In this document: one piece after another, positions 1 through 13,223 of the stretch
Layout: each line of letters starts with the position of its first letter
How positions within the stretch are numbered: the stretch's first letter is position 1
Source: Gekko japonicus
Lineage: Eukaryota
Assembly (NCBI RefSeq): GCF_001447785.1
Contig: NW_015167073.1
Coordinates: 308,692-372,691 of the forward strand
Length of the DNA: 64,000 nt
Direction of reading: 5' to 3'
Translations under genes and position numbers: made by a program
Notes under the pieces: model-generated
Told to the model about the DNA's origin: nothing
Database searches by the model: none
Seen by the model: the letters and a program-made list of their open reading frames with translations, nothing else

Positions 1-744
1 CAATCAGTATGGCGTTGCCCCAGGGAATTTGAATGTGATTTTCAGCTGCACCTTTTCATCCCAGTTGACAAAATATGGAGCGAATGCTAGATGCAGAATC
101 CCCCTAAATTCAATGGACTTGGAAGGGTGTCACTTTGCATAGGACTAAACAATTAGTTTTGCATTATTAATTTACTCCCATGATGCACATCTTCTGATTA
201 TTAGGGAGGGATCACACAGCCAACTGTAGCCCTGGACTACTGTACAGCTTTTCTGTGGCTACTAGTATGCTGAATATGTGAGTGCAGTGAGGGTAGGGTT
301 TATAAGTGGTGCTGGGTGTTCGATTAATATGCTATTTCAGTGCAGATGGGACCTGGTAGATATGGGGGTAGGATTTTTCAGAGATAGGCAGGATTTGGTG
401 AGGATGCCCACTCCCTGCCTAACCTATATAGCACCCCAAGAGTCAATTATGCAAGGGCGTCATTGTGCAATACTGTGCAATATAGTCAATGGGCCAAGAG
501 CAGGAAAAAATGACATAGTATCAGGGAGTGTGGCAAAACTTCTTTGTTTCTCTCTCCCCCCCCCCAGGTGTCTGCTTATGTATTATGTTTGGATGTGGTA
601 ACCCATTCTGATAGTTAGTTTGTGCTTTTTATGATGTCATCAAGGTGGCCAAAGCCAGTTTTTCCTACCATTTATAAATGGAGGTATAGCTTGTGAACCA
701 AGAGACCAATTTAAAATTTTAAAGCACCATTAGAAAGCTAAATA

Positions 745-785
<41 letters not shown>
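745..785. repeat. (CTA)n microsatellite
   Basis: Direct read. Confidence 0.9.
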
Positions 786-1098
786 CTACAAATAACTAAT
801 AACTAATACTAATAATAATTTACTGTTTTCATGATATGGCATAGATCAAGGGAAAAGTCCATTCCCCCCACACATTTTGTACAGTTTACTGCATATGACA
901 CTTTACCTAATTCAGATAATCATCTAAAGCATATTAGACAATTATAGCCCATTTCTGTGCCTTTCCAATGAGCCATAGCATGAAGAAATTCATTTTGATA
1001 TGCCATAGTTAGGTACATGAGAATGGATCCATTTTTGTTACTGCAAATAAACGTCTTTTAGTTTTGTACATTTAGCAACAGTTCAATATGCATGCATT

Positions 1099-1154
1099 TT
1101 TATTTACAAAGGCTACATTAGAATTTCACAACTTCTAAAACTGAATATTTTATT
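1099..1154 (-). terminator. Candidate V2R polyadenylation signals (AATAAA)
   Basis: AATAAA on the minus strand at about 1149-1154 and 1099-1104, 320-370 nt past the stop. Confidence 0.4.
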
Positions 1155-1473
1155 CAACCTATTTTTAATGTTCATAATCACTGTAATTATCTTCTGAGCC
1201 CTCAAGTTCAACTGCAAAGTCCACAGCTGATGTTGTTGTTCTTGTTTGTTTTGGTTGTAGTTTACACATAGCAGTGCAAGTAAGTCCATAGGACAGACAT
1301 GAGCAGTTTGGCAGTTGACAGGAATGCCCAAAATTTCTGAAAGAGAGATTGTACTATATTGACGGTAGCTCAAGATGAGCCCTAGACTGGGTCTACTTTC
1401 TTCATTTCATGGGATAAATACATGTGATACGAACCCACACAAAGACACATACCTATCAGCACAGTTAGATATT

Positions 1474-2375
1474 TTAACCATATCTCCATATTATTTGCTC
1501 CCTTTTGTTCAACTGAGGTTTAACTATCATAATGTAACACTTTGGACAAAATATACATGTCAGTAAACCAGCACTGGAAGCCAAGATGGAGAAGATCTCC
1601 ACAGCCACCATGTACTTCCCTTTGGTGCTCAGATAGGTTGGAATAAAAGACAACCAAACACTGCAAAACATCAACATACTGAAGGTGATGAACTTGGTTT
1701 CATTAAAACAGTCTGGCAATTTCCTTGCTAGGAAAGCCATGCTCAGGCTTATGATGGAAAGGAGTCCAATGTAGCCAAGAACAATATAGAACATAGTGGC
1801 AGACCCTTCGTTGCATTCTGCAACTATTTCTCTTCTAAGAGACTGTGTGTCCAAATTGGGGAATGGAGGGGAGGTTCCCAGCCAGAGCACACAGATGCCT
1901 GCTTGAACGAGGGAGCAGGAAAAGACAATGGAGTTGGCCAGTCTTTTCCCCACCCACTTCCTCATGATGGACCCTGGTTTGGTGGCCATAAAAGCTACCA
2001 CCACAGTGATGGTTTTGGCCAACAAGCAGGAAACAGCCACTGAGAAGATGATGCTGAAAGCCGACTGTCGGAATAAGCAGGTCAGCTTTGTTGGCTGTCC
2101 AAGGAAGAGCAAAGAGCAGACGAAGCACAGCAGGAGGGAAACAAGAAGCGTGTAGGTGATCTCTCGATTGTTGGCTTTGACGATGGGGGTATCTTTGTAC
2201 TTAATGAAAATACTTAGTACCAAGACTGTGATCAGGGTAAAAAAAATGGCTACTGAGGCTAAACTGATTCCTAAAAGTTCTTCACAAGACAGAAAGCTTA
2301 TTATCTTGGGAATGCAGCCATCTTGGTTCTTGTTTGGATACTGATCTTCTGGGCATTTGATACAGTTGCCCATGT
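1474..2375 (-). CDS. Vmn2r: V2R exon 6 (end of Cys-rich domain and 7TM)
   Basis: Acceptor tttttccag|AC; [15 protein letters not shown]...7TM_3 motifs; stop TAA at 1474-1476. Confidence 0.96.
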
Positions 2376-5300
2376 CTGGAAAAAGAGAGAAAAACAGCCC
2401 ACCTGAGTGCCAGTACACCTGTGATATAGTGCCAGTTATGATGTTTGTCTTCAGTGAGGATGGCTTGGCAATGACTGACCTCACCACCAGATGTAGACAT
2501 GTGGAAATACTTTAAAAATATTCTTTCTGCTCTTGCTGGATGATTTTTCTGAAGTCTTCTTGCTATCTATTTATTGTGCTTAAAACATTTACCACTTCCA
2601 TTGTGTTTAATTGTTATTTTACTCGCGACCCAGTTTGGCATAATGGTTAAGAGCAGCAGATTCTAATCTGGAGAACTGGGTTCGATTCCCCACTCCTCCA
2701 CATAGAGCCAGCTGAGTGATCTTCAGTTGGTCACAGTTCTTTCAGAGCTCTCTCAGCCCCTAAAAACAAGTCTAGCTCGCCACTTAGTGGTGCAGAACGC
2801 GAAGAGCTCGAACTTGTAGCTGCCAGACAATCTTTGGATCTCCTGGCTATTCTACACACAATACCATATGATAATTAATTACTGTTATTTTACCCAATCA
2901 TAAAGCATACGTACCTGCCTTTTCATGTCTGTAAGTAGTAAATACAGGAAAGGCAACTATGACCTCCCCTTAAATAATTGTAGCCTTCTAGCTTAAACAG
3001 AACTCTGCATACAGAGATGCTAAAAATGATTTACATCTAGGGTCAATATGGCAATACAAGTTGCTGACCAATGTGGAGAATTCCTTGGGGAAGTCTTGAT
3101 TGCTCCAGTCCCATCATACTGGTATATGCACAATTGGTTTCTCAGCACATGTGACCCACAGCTGAAATCTGTGTGATGAATGGAAACATGAGCCTTGGAA
3201 ACATGGGCCTTGTGTTGATCCCTTTCCCCAAATTTCTGATTCTGTGTAAAAATTGCCCTAACCTTTTCTGTAGGAACGATACAGAGCTCTGGTTTACCAA
3301 CTTACTGCATACACGGTATGGTACATTCTCGTTAAGATACATTATCATCAGAATTAGCACCACATGCAGGAGAAGTTCTTGCAAGGCATCACGTACCCGT
3401 CTGGTTTGAAATCTTCCCATCTGGGCACAGATCACAATCATAGCAACAAAATTTCTCGCCTTCCTTCCTTTTCTTTAGGTAACCAGGAGGGCAGTGGTCA
3501 TTACACAAAGAAAGGGGAGGCATCTATCCCAAAACATGAAAAGATTTTAGGATGGGCCCTAGGAGACATTATCGTTTAGGAAGAATGCAGCAATGAACAA
3601 CTGAAATGGAATGATGGAGAATGTGATGGGTTGAATTCAAAGCTTCTGTCCTTGTCACACAAGAGCTTTTGTCTGAGGCAAAGCTTCCATCTGCACCAGT
3701 ACTTTTGATCCAAGAGGTTGTGTGCCAGCAGAAGTGCCTGTGCACGTTTTGACGGGGGACCAGAACCTTTTTTGCATCTAGTCCTGTACCAGCAACAACC
3801 TTCTAGAACTTTCCTGATCATGATGGATAGGACATTAACAACAATATATCCTGTAAATTGTGCTTATTCATACTGGAGTGGCAGTATTGCATGTATGGAC
3901 AATGTCCTATCCCCTCTTTGAAAAAGCTTTTTGGAAACGGATGTGTAAAGGCTGACAGGCTCCATCAGAGGTGGGAAAGCAGTGACCTTTTTACAGTCTC
4001 CATGCATTCACTTTGGAATTGAACTGTTTGAAAAGCTTATCTGCTATGTTTTGAAAACAAAGAAGGAAGAGAAGGAGGAGGAGGAGGAGGAGGAGATTGG
4101 ATTTATACCCCGCCCTTCACTTGGAGTCTCAAAGTGGCTTACAAACTCCTTTCCCTTCCCCTCCCCACAACAGACACCCTGTGAGGTGGGTGGGGCTGAG
4201 AGAACTCTGACACAAACGGCTCTTTTTCAGGGACAGCTGTGCCAGAGCTTGTGACTGACCCAAGGTCACATCAGCAGGTGCGAGTGGAGGAATGGGGAAT
4301 CAAACCCGATTCTCCCAGATTAGAGTCTGCGCACTTAACCACGACACCAAACTGGCTCTCAAAGTAGCTCACAAAGTAGAATTTTTGCTCACAAGACTCC
4401 ACAGTTTAGAGGGAGCATTGCTGGAATGTGCAAGGCTTCAAAACACACCTCTCTTCCTCACCTGGGGACACCCTGAGGGGGAAAGTAACATGCAGTGAGG
4501 CCCTCCATCAGATTTCATCCTGTGCCTCCGCCTGTCACCCTCCTCTTCTCTTAACAAATCCAACCACCCTTCAGAGCTGGTGGTGGCATTTTGTGGTTGC
4601 GGCCACCACTGTCAGAATTCCGAAGAAGAAAAGATTGGATATGTACCCTGCCCTTCACTACCCAAAGGAGTCTCAGAGCAGCTTACAAACTCCTTTCCCC
4701 TCCCCTCCCCACAACAGATACCCTGTGAGGTTGGTGGGGCTGAGAGAGCTCTGACAGAAATGGCTCTTTTTTCAAGAACAGCTTTGCCAGAACTATGGCT
4801 TGCCCAAGATGCGGGTGCAAGTGGAGGACTGGGGAATCCGCGCACTTAACCACTACACCAAACTGGCTCCAAATGAACCCACTGAACTCTTTGAAAAGCT
4901 TATCTGCTGTATTTTAAAAACAGCAAACTGACAACGTTTTTTTGAGACAGGCACTTTGGATGGGAATGGAAATGATTGTGGACTGAACGCACATGTCTTA
5001 GACTTTGGAACGGTTGTATGAACAGAGCTTATTGATATTGCTATCTTTAATAAGTGTTGAATATTTATAATATATTCCTTGTAATTTGTTCACAGGTTTT
5101 TTCCCCTTGTTATTTAGCCTCTTTCCTGGGATCTCTCTTTGACTATTTATCTCCCTGAAGGTTGGCAACCCAAACTGGCCCCCACACCACGGGCGATTTC
5201 TCACTAGAGCTGCCTCATAGCGCAGCCGCCATTTGCTTAGACACAAACATGTAAATTTCACACCCGAGGCTGCGGGGCTGCATTTGACCCGCGGCTTCGC

Positions 5301-8300
5301 CCGATTTCCTCCGCAGTTTCGTGATCCTCAAAAACCAGGATCACGAAACTGCGGAGGAAATCGGGTGAAGCTGCGAGTCAGAATGCAGCCCCGCAGCTTC
5401 AGGTGTGAAATTTACATGTTTGTGTCGAGGCAAACCGCGAGGCAGCTCTAGTGAGAAATCGCCCCACGTTAATTGCTGGAGAAGGGGAGAGAAAGAGCTT
5501 GCAAGAGGGGGTTGCTGGAAGGTGGGATAATGGGGGTCAGGCAGGAAGCGGAAGCTAGGGGAAAGAGAAGAATACAGGAAGTAAGAGCTGGTGAGGGGAA
5601 GCAGGAGTCTGAAGAGGAAGAAAGCAAGATGTGGCATGTGGGAATGAGATATCCCCTCCCATGTAACTCCTCAGAGGTCCATCATTTGTAAAAGGCATGA
5701 TCCAATAAAAAATGAACCATTACAAACCAAGGAACGGTGATAAAATTAGCATTTGAAAAATAACACAAAAGCAGCCCAGAAACTCCTCCTGGGCCCTTGC
5801 CACACGGCAGGGCAAACACTGGGCAAAGTGCGGCTTTTAAAAGCTGCACCAAAAAAGAGACGCTGCGGTGGGATTTCACGATCCCCTGAGCCGCGGCGGC
5901 ATTGCTCCCCGGCATGATCAGATGCCGGGGAGGAAGAGATGAATGGGAGGGGGAGGCTGCCGAACTGTGCATGCTCGAGCATGCGCAGTACGGCCGGGGG
6001 CCGGGGATGCAACGGCGAACAGACGCGCCGGCGATCCCATGGCCAGCGGTGATGCGGCCTTTCATAAAGAACCACCTAGGTAGGTGGTTCTTTTTTGCCG
6101 CGGGTTTTGGCCGGTAGGGGCGAATTGGGGACGGGCTGGGGACGGGCGCAGCATGATTCCCAGATGTTGCTGTGGGATCGCGCCCCTGGAAACACAATCC
6201 TCCTCCCTTCAGAGATTAAAACCCTGCATCTAAAGAAAGGCCCTACAAGTTGTAGAAAAAGTTAATACTAAAGCTTTCTGTCTAATCTCTGTGGTGAGAG
6301 GGTTCCAGAAGGTAGGCTCAACCGCTAGACAGGCTCTGTTTCTCATCGTTGTTTATCTATGCAGTTGGAGGGAACCACTAATAGACAACCTTCTGCCCCA
6401 CAAACCATCCTTACGCAGAATATGGTGTCCCATGAGAATACCCTAGAATTCATACCTGTTTAAAATGTCTTTGCCACACAATTAAATTTTCGTCAATGAT
6501 GAATTCGTTTCCTATGGAATCCACCCTTCCAACTTTCATTCTAAGGGAAGACATGTTCGGGAATATGACCATGTTTGTTATATCATATCCAGTTTCTATT
6601 TCTCCATTATCGTTCAAAGACACACGTTCTCCAGCTGAGTTGTTAAATGAAATTCCTTGAAGAGACAGATGTAGCTTGAAAGAGGGAGATGGGGAAGAAA
6701 GCAGTAACAAGATATTGGGAACTGGTACTAAGATATCTGAACGTATGTGGCAGCAAACAAACTTTTCTGTTGTTTCATTCAGATCTAAGTTGCAACTATT
6801 TAGCATTCAGATCTAAGTTGCAACTATTTAGCATTCATAGATGACCGCAACTCAACATTATCCAGGTTCCAAGTCTAAGAAGAAATATGCAGCTACTAAA
6901 ATTGGCCATTTATCCTGTTCTGTTGCTATGACTTTTTTGCTAATGCAATAAAGATATATATAATAATACTTTTTCCATTTATTAATTGCTTTCCCCAGTG
7001 AGCTCAAAGCGATGTACAGTTATTCAATAAAGACAAGGGACTAACAATGTTTGTAGGGGATAGGGAAGACAACATATATTCATTTTTAATTGCATGTGCT
7101 GTCACTGCCCGGTATAGACGTCTTCTGGCTTGGCTCCGCCATTTTCCGCATGGCTGCTTGCTGGCCAGGCTTCAGGACCTGTATGTCAATCGCCACACTG
7201 CCACCGCCTGGCTGGAACAGCCATTGCAGGGATTCTTTCGTAGCAGAGAAGCTATTTCGCCTTCCAAGCCTCTACCAGGACGTCCGACCGTCAGCTAACA
7301 CCCTCCCACAAGGGAGATTGGCGTGCCCACCCTCTCTAAGGAGTGGTTCCCATTTTATCTACTCTCTGAAGCTTTCGAATCGCTGGGTGGACGATGAGCT
7401 GGGGACAACATGCTGGCTGCTCACACCAGCGCGGGGCTCGAACTGACACAGTTCGGATGTTAAGACAGTGGGATATACCCACTGTGCCACCGCTCCCCTG
7501 TATATAAAAATTTGCCATTGGATAATGTATTCAATACCATTTTGCCATGGAGAAGAAAGCTGGAACCTGCCTCACTATGTACTCATCTGTTCATTGACAC
7601 AATGCAATTATACAGTGAAGACGATACCTGCCAAGATTGGATATCTTGAAGTTCAGCTCTTCTGTGTCCCACTGCTGTTCTCTGATTAGAGGAGTGCATG
7701 GCCTGCAAAGCATGTGCCACGGTATAGACAGCATTACTGATACCATAACTGTGGCCAGTCATGGGCATTTCAAAAACAGCCATAGGAAGGCTCTCCAGCC
7801 TCTCCTCCCCAGTGCATGTTTCATTGGCTTTCACTGGCTCTGTAGGATTTGGAAACGAACAGTCAAATGCTTGTGCCCAGAAGTCCTTGAGGAAACCATC
7901 TCCTGGTGCCCAATAAGGTTTTACAACCTGAAGATATTCCTGGAATCCTAGAAATTCATTTGCCTGCGTTTGAAAGGAAATTGCACCTTGGAAGAATTGG
8001 AGGTCTCCATATCTCAGAAAACCCGTTGATGCAAAATCAGTCTCACCCATCATAATCCACACCTTTCTCAATGACTCTCTTTCTTTATATCCTGGGACTC
8101 CCATCAACAACAAAAACATCATTATATTAATGGTCAAAGCTTCTCCATAGAGGACAAAGGTATGGGTTCGGTTCTCTTCAAAAGGGATGTAGATGTCTGC
8201 CAAGAAAACATTAACATCGCCCACATTGTTCCAGTTTGTTTGCTGGGGGATTCTTCCTGTGACGGATGAGCAGATTCCATTTTGGGAGAGCAACGGCTCC

Positions 8301-11300
8301 ACAACCTTTAGGAAATGAGCTCCGGAGGCAACATCCACGACAAACAGTCCAACCCAGGTCCATCCAAAATGAAGGAGCAGACGAATCATGGCCATATACT
8401 GATGAGATTCATTTGGGATCATGCGGTAAAAGACAGGGAACTCTTTTGTGTCCCTCTCCACTGGGGCAAATGAGCCGTATGTGAGCTAGAAGGAAATGTG
8501 AAGATACACGAGAAAGATGGTAAGAGAAGTGTGTGTGTGTGTGTGTTTATAGAATAAATGTTTCCTGAAGGAATCTGCAAGTTTGACAACCGTCAAAAAG
8601 TCCCGAACTCTGTTTTCTGAATATTCTCAAACTGTGAGACTGTGGCCGCGGTCACATGGACCTCTTACCGCGCTAGTTTTCCCACAGTTCTTCTATCCGC
8701 GATATTTTATATCGCTTGGAGGTGGTCAGACGGTCCCTCTGTCTTCCGCTTCACTCGCGCGAAGCACTGATTACACAGCGTGCCGTCCCCGCGGCGGTGC
8801 ATTTTTTTTTAAAAAACCAACAACCTGTGCATGCGCTTGTCTTCCCATGCACTTGGGCGTACATACAAGCTAATTTAAAAGACCAAAATAAAATCTAATG
8901 CCTGTTTGCACATGTGCATAACTTAAACCGGAAACACACACAAAAAAGGGAGGTGGGGAGGGTAGTGTGGTCACAGCGGATTCCTGTCCAGATACCAAAA
9001 CCACGGATACAAAGCGCGAGATATCGGGAAAACGCCTGTTCCAACGAGTGTCAGAAAACACGGATAAAAAGAGTGGAAACTGAGGGATTCAGCCCACTTC
9101 GGTGCGGGAGGCGGGTTTGCCTATATGGACAGGAAACTTTAAAGCACGAGGGATCAGCAGCGAAGCCCGCACTAAATGTCCGTCTGACCTGACCCTGTGT
9201 CTAAAATAACTTCCACTACTTCACGCTTCCTGTTTCCTGCGTCTGCGTGTCCACTCTCCATTTGGCTTTGATCTTTCATGCCCCGGATGGTTTTCTTTTA
9301 TTCTTCCTTCTCGAACACCAAAGAAGGTGATGCTGAGAGGCAGCTGGTTGATTCCATGGCACTTGTGCCAAAGGTTCTATGATTCTGTGGCCCAAGTTCA
9401 TCTAAAGAACTCTGTGGTTCAGTAGGGACTTGAATCGAGGTCTCCCCAGTTCTAATCTCACTATACCACATTAGGTCTCATACAACATTTCACTCCAGGA
9501 GTTGAACCGGCAGGGATGAAAGTTTTGGAATAACCATGCTGTTCATATAAAGGAAGGGTTTTTTTTTTTTTTAAATGTTCTTTTGAATGGATTAATAATA
9601 CAAGGCTGTGTGGATAATACTCGGCTTGTGGGTCAATTGTCTGATTTAGTGAACGTATTAATATGAGAAGAGTGCATTGTGTGTGTGTTTATGGAATTCA
9701 TATTCGCAGAGCTCACTGGCTGCTTTGGTGATTCAGGTCTGTGAGTTCCCCCCCCCCTTAAAATTAAGGGAATCTGCTACAATTTCTGGGAAATGCTTTT
9801 ACGACAGACATTTCCTAAATACATTTACGCTGCCTTGAATGGCAAAGAGTCACCTGGCACCTTAAAGGCAGCCACGACACTTTTTTTGTATTTTTGGTTA
9901 CAGCAGACTAACACAGTTACCCTTCTGGAATCTGCACTGCCCCTCAGACACATGTCACCACCAGTGTTCCCTCTAAGCTGAGTTAGGGTGAGCTGGCTCA
10001 CAGTTTTTTAGCCTCCAGCTCACACATTTTTGTCTTAGCTCAGGAAGGAGGGCTCCAGAGCAAACTAATTTATGCAGTAGCCAAATCGCCCGCTCACAAC
10101 TTTAATGCCAGCAGCTCACAAAGTAGCATTTTTGTTCACAAGACTCCACAGCTTAGAGGGAACATTGGTCACCACATGCACATCTTACCTGTGGAGTCTT
10201 GTAAAGTCCTAAGACGTCTGCCATACGGTGTGAGACATCGCCACCGAGCCCCCCAATAACAGCTATCACATTTCTCTGGACATCACATTTGTAGCCGGGG
10301 ACAAATGAGTGACTTTTAAAGAGCAAGTCCAGAGTAGTCCGATAGGTCATCCTCTCATCATAATAGCTGTCATAGATGTGGAAACCAAGAGTGACATTAG
10401 GCAAGATCTTGGGTTTCTTATTGATCTCATTGACTGCAAATGCCAAGGCCAGGACATGTTGGTAGAACTTGGTTATCATTCTGTAAATAGTATTAAGTGC
10501 TGTTTAACAGAAGAATTTTATCATGCACCAAGTGATTTTTTCATAATTATGGTCCATTCAGAGGAGGAGGAGGAGGAGGAGGAGGAGGAGGAGGAGATTG
10601 GATTTATACCCTGCCCTTCACTCGGAGTCTCAGAGCAGCTTACAAACTCCTTTCCCTTCCCTTCCCCACAACAGACACCCTGTGAGGTAGGTGGGGCTGA
10701 GAGAGCTCTTGACAGAACTGTCCTTGAGAGAACAGCTCTGACAGAACTATGGCTTATTTAAGGTCATCCAGCAGCTGCAAGTGGAGGAGTGGGGAATCAA
10801 ACCCAGTTCTCCCAGATTACAGTTCGTGCACTTAACCACTACACCAAACTGGCTCATTCAGGGTTCTACTTTCTCACTTTTCATTTGATATCATTATTTT
10901 TAATTACTAAACATCTTATTCTGCCCAAACAATTCTTGACGATGCATCAAAATCCTGACCACTGAGCTATTCAGAGAATGCTGGGGAACTACCTTTCAAA
11001 TACGGCCATCCAGCTGTCTTTGTCTAACATAAATTACCCCTATTTTATAGTAGCAGCCCTGGTAAATCACTGTCTGCATTTTGTCACTTCACAAAATGAT
11101 TGGGAAAAGTGAAGGTGAAGCAAAGCTTACAGACATTTTTGTTTCAGAGGATCCTCTCTCAGGTATAAACGATTCTCAGGAGGAAATTCTCAGGAGGAAA
11201 AGTGAAGAGACCGACTTACTCTGGCACCTCAAATAAACTCAGCGAAGGCTGTTCTCGGAAAGGCATGATGTAAAATGGATAAAGGATCTGTGAAAGAATC

Positions 11301-11434
11301 CCACCAATAAGGAAGTCCCCTGGCTGGTACCATTCATGTGGAACAGGGAGAGGATCCATGGCAGAGCACTGGAGAGCATTTATGTCCCACCACATGAGAA
11401 TGGACAGAAGTAGGATTAACATCTCCCCCACCAT
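1474..11434 (-). CDS. Vmn2r: Vomeronasal type-2 receptor (V2R, class C GPCR), whole gene span; 6 coding exons, 2613 nt CDS, 870 aa
   Basis: Exons 11434-11220, 10480-10189, 8485-7628, 6674-6456, 3523-3397 and 2375-1474 join via GT-AG in matching phases (2,0,0,0,1) with no stop. Product has a signal peptide, Venus flytrap domain, 9-Cys domain and 7TM ([36 protein letters not shown]). Symbol is family-level only. Confidence 0.95.
2631..2760 (+). mobile_element. Squam3-like SINE 5' fragment
   Basis: tRNA-like head with A and B boxes. Confidence 0.7.
3397..3523 (-). CDS. Vmn2r: V2R exon 5 (127 nt, cysteine-rich domain)
   Basis: Not in the ORF track; hand translation gives [42 protein letters not shown]; acceptor gatag|ATG, donor G|GTACGT. 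Confidence 0.93.
4061..4360 (-). mobile_element. tRNA-derived CORE-type SINE (Squam3/MIR-like)
   Basis: Head AGCCAGTTTGGTG..GTGGTTAAG and B-box GGTTTGATTCC; (CTC/CTT)n tail; about 15 copies in the window. Confidence 0.85.
4622..4869 (-). mobile_element. Squam3-like SINE with an internal deletion
   Basis: Same family as 4061-4360. Confidence 0.8.
5191..5464. mobile_element. Fold-back palindromic MITE, PIF/Harbinger-like
   Basis: Whole element is an inverted repeat of about 130 bp per arm; 3-bp TSD CAC. Confidence 0.85.
6456..6674 (-). CDS. Vmn2r: V2R exon 4 (219 nt)
   Basis: Acceptor tctttcaag|CTA; [16 protein letters not shown]...GYDITN...KVG; donor CAG|GTATGA. Confidence 0.92.
6960..7497 (-). 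mobile_element. SINE with a Sauria-like head and an L2-like tail
   Basis: Homologous to 33085-33625 in the opposite orientation; lies in V2R intron 3. Confidence 0.65.
7628..8485 (-). CDS. Vmn2r: V2R exon 3 (858 nt)
   Basis: Acceptor ccttctag|CTC (LTYGSFAP); FYRMIPNE...HFGWTWVGL...[10 protein letters not shown]; donor CAG|GTATCG. Confidence 0.95.
8644..9195. mobile_element. Non-autonomous DNA transposon, PIF/Harbinger-like
   Basis: Imperfect TIR GGCCGCGGTCACATGGAC / GTCCGTCTGACCTGACCC; TSD TGT; CpG-rich. Confidence 0.65.
9962..10167. mobile_element. hAT MITE
   Basis: TIR CAGTGTTCCCTCTAAGC / GCTTAGAGGGAACATTG; perfect 8-bp TSD GTCACCAC. Confidence 0.88.
10189..10480 (-). CDS. Vmn2r: V2R exon 2 (292 nt)
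   Basis: Acceptor tttacag|A; [15 protein letters not shown]...[13 protein letters not shown]; donor CAG|GTAAGA. Confidence 0.95.
10561..10855 (-). mobile_element. Squam3-like SINE in V2R intron 1
   Basis: Full copy with a (CTC)n tail ending about 80 nt from the exon 2 acceptor. Confidence 0.85.
11220..11434 (-). CDS. Vmn2r: V2R exon 1 (signal peptide, PGDFLIGG)
   Basis: ATG at 11434 (alternative ATG 11422), hydrophobic leader [25 protein letters not shown]; donor GA|GTAAGT at 11219. Confidence 0.9.
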
Positions 11435-12039
11435 TCTACCCGCAAATCTTCTCCCCAGGTGCAACCGCTCCTGCTCTCCTATCAGGGGACTACTTTGGAT
11501 GGCCACTGCTTCAGCCGGCCTACTTCATAATGGGAAACATGTGGGCCTTTTTTGATCCACACAATTAAAGAGGAAAGCCTCAAACTCTAGCAAGCGGGCA
11601 CCTGGCCAGATTTCAAATCTTCACTAATATGTTTGACCAGACAGAGCCCTGCCAGTCTCTCACTCTGGCCTCCATCTCTGGGCACCCCTGGCTGGCTGGC
11701 TGGGTTTATAACCCCATTCGGAGGTGCTTCTTGATCATTTCCTGCGCCCCCCCCTTCTGGAGCCTTCGCTGAGAGGAAATTACAGTGGTTTACATAATTG
11801 TAAATGGAGATAATTCCCTCAGAGTTGAGGCCCGAAGAGCAAAATCAATAACTTGTTTTCTTCCTTTCGGAACTACCCCCAAGAGAGAAGCTGATATTGT
11901 CTCTTTTTATTTCTGGTGTCGTTTACGTCATGCTTTTCTTCCAGGGAGCTTTGGGAGGAGGTTATGTGTGGTTGTCCCCCTCTTCCATTTTATCTGCACT
12001 ACAACTCTCGTGAGGTAGGTTAGGGTGAACAAGAGTGGC

Positions 12040-12258
12040 TAGGGGTGCCAGTCTCCAGCTGGGGCCTGGAGATCTCCTGCTTTTACAACTGATCTCCAGC
12101 TGACAGAGATCAGCTCCCCTGAAGAAAATGGCTGCTTTGAAGGGTAGAGTCTATGGCATTGCGCCATGCTGAAGCCCCTCCCCTCCACAAAACCCACCCT
12201 CTCCCAGATCCACCCCCAAAGTCCCCAGGTATTTTCCAACCCAGACCTGGCAACCCTA
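12040..12258. mobile_element. hAT-like MITE (TAGGGTTGCCA termini) inside an old MIR-like SINE
   Basis: Termini TAGGGGTGCCA / TGGCAACCCTA; degenerate 8-bp TSD; related copies clustered at 29800-30476. Confidence 0.65.
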
Positions 12259-12684
12259 AGGGTGACTGGCCCAAGGTCATGCAGTAAGCCTCATGGCCAG
12301 CTAGCTGAGTTGGGACTTGAACCTGGAGTTCCCCAGTCCTAATTCAATACTCTAACCACTACACTCAAGGCCTGCCGGGATTCCTACTATGTCTACTTGT
12401 CCCTTTCTTTTCCCCACAAAAGGGGGGGGGTATTTCTGCACATGCCCATTTTATCCCTCCCCCTCAAAACCTGCAAGGGGCAGCCATTTTCTTTTGGTAA
12501 GCGGGAAATCCTGGAGAGTCTTGTGGAACAGAAGGATTTTCTTCTGCCTGATTAAACACACATAGGACTGCACCATTAGTGGTCAATTAAAGGAACTCTG
12601 CATATTTTGTTACCAGAACTTCTGGCAAACATTACCTCCTGAAAGGACAGGTATTGGGACTATTGAAAAATCTTTTCTGAATCA

Positions 12685-12836
12685 AAGGGACGGCAAAGGA
12701 TGAGATGGTTGGACAGTGTCATCAATGCAACTGAGCAAACTTCAGAGGACAGCGGAAGACAGGTGGGCCTGGCGGGATCTGGTCCATGCGGTCGCGAAGA
12801 GTCGGACTTGACTGTGCGACTGAACAACAACAACAA
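12685..12836 (+). mobile_element. BovB 3' end fragment
   Basis: Matches the 3' end of the 21301-22398 copy; (CAA)n tail. Confidence 0.85.
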
Positions 12837-13039
12837 TCCCTTAATCTGATTTGGGCTAAGTGTAGGTAGTTAATTATCCAGCAGTGAAGGAATGCTTTTG
12901 AATTCTACTTATGGCCAGAGACCTCCTTGCTTTGTGTTACTTTACAACATGGAAACTGAGTTCTGGAGCTAGGGTTTTGGTGAGTGCTAGGTCAAGCTGA
13001 GGCCTATGGCGCTCATACCTTTTGCTAAAATGTCACTGG

Positions 13040-13223
13040 CAGGGCTCTTTTTGTAGCAGGAACTCCTTTGCATATTAGGCGACACACCCCTAATGTAGCC
13101 AATTCTCCAAGAGCTTACAGAACTCTTCTTACAGGGGCTACTGTAAGCTCTTGGAGGATTGGCTATTTTGGGGGGGGGTGTCGCCTAATATGCAAAGGAG
13201 TTCCTGCTACACAAAGAGCCCTG
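13040..13223. mobile_element. Palindromic MITE of the CAGGGCT family (copies at about 15397-15577 and 48175-48355)
   Basis: Fold-back inverted repeat of about 85 bp per arm; lies between OR-1 and the V2R. Confidence 0.75.

Noticed and set aside
18-26. Isolated O/E-like site CCCCAGGGA at the window edge
   Set aside because: A single short motif with no context available in this window.
2376-2487. N-terminal extension of the 337-aa ORF
   Set aside because: Intronic; lies upstream of the exon 6 acceptor at 2376-2377.
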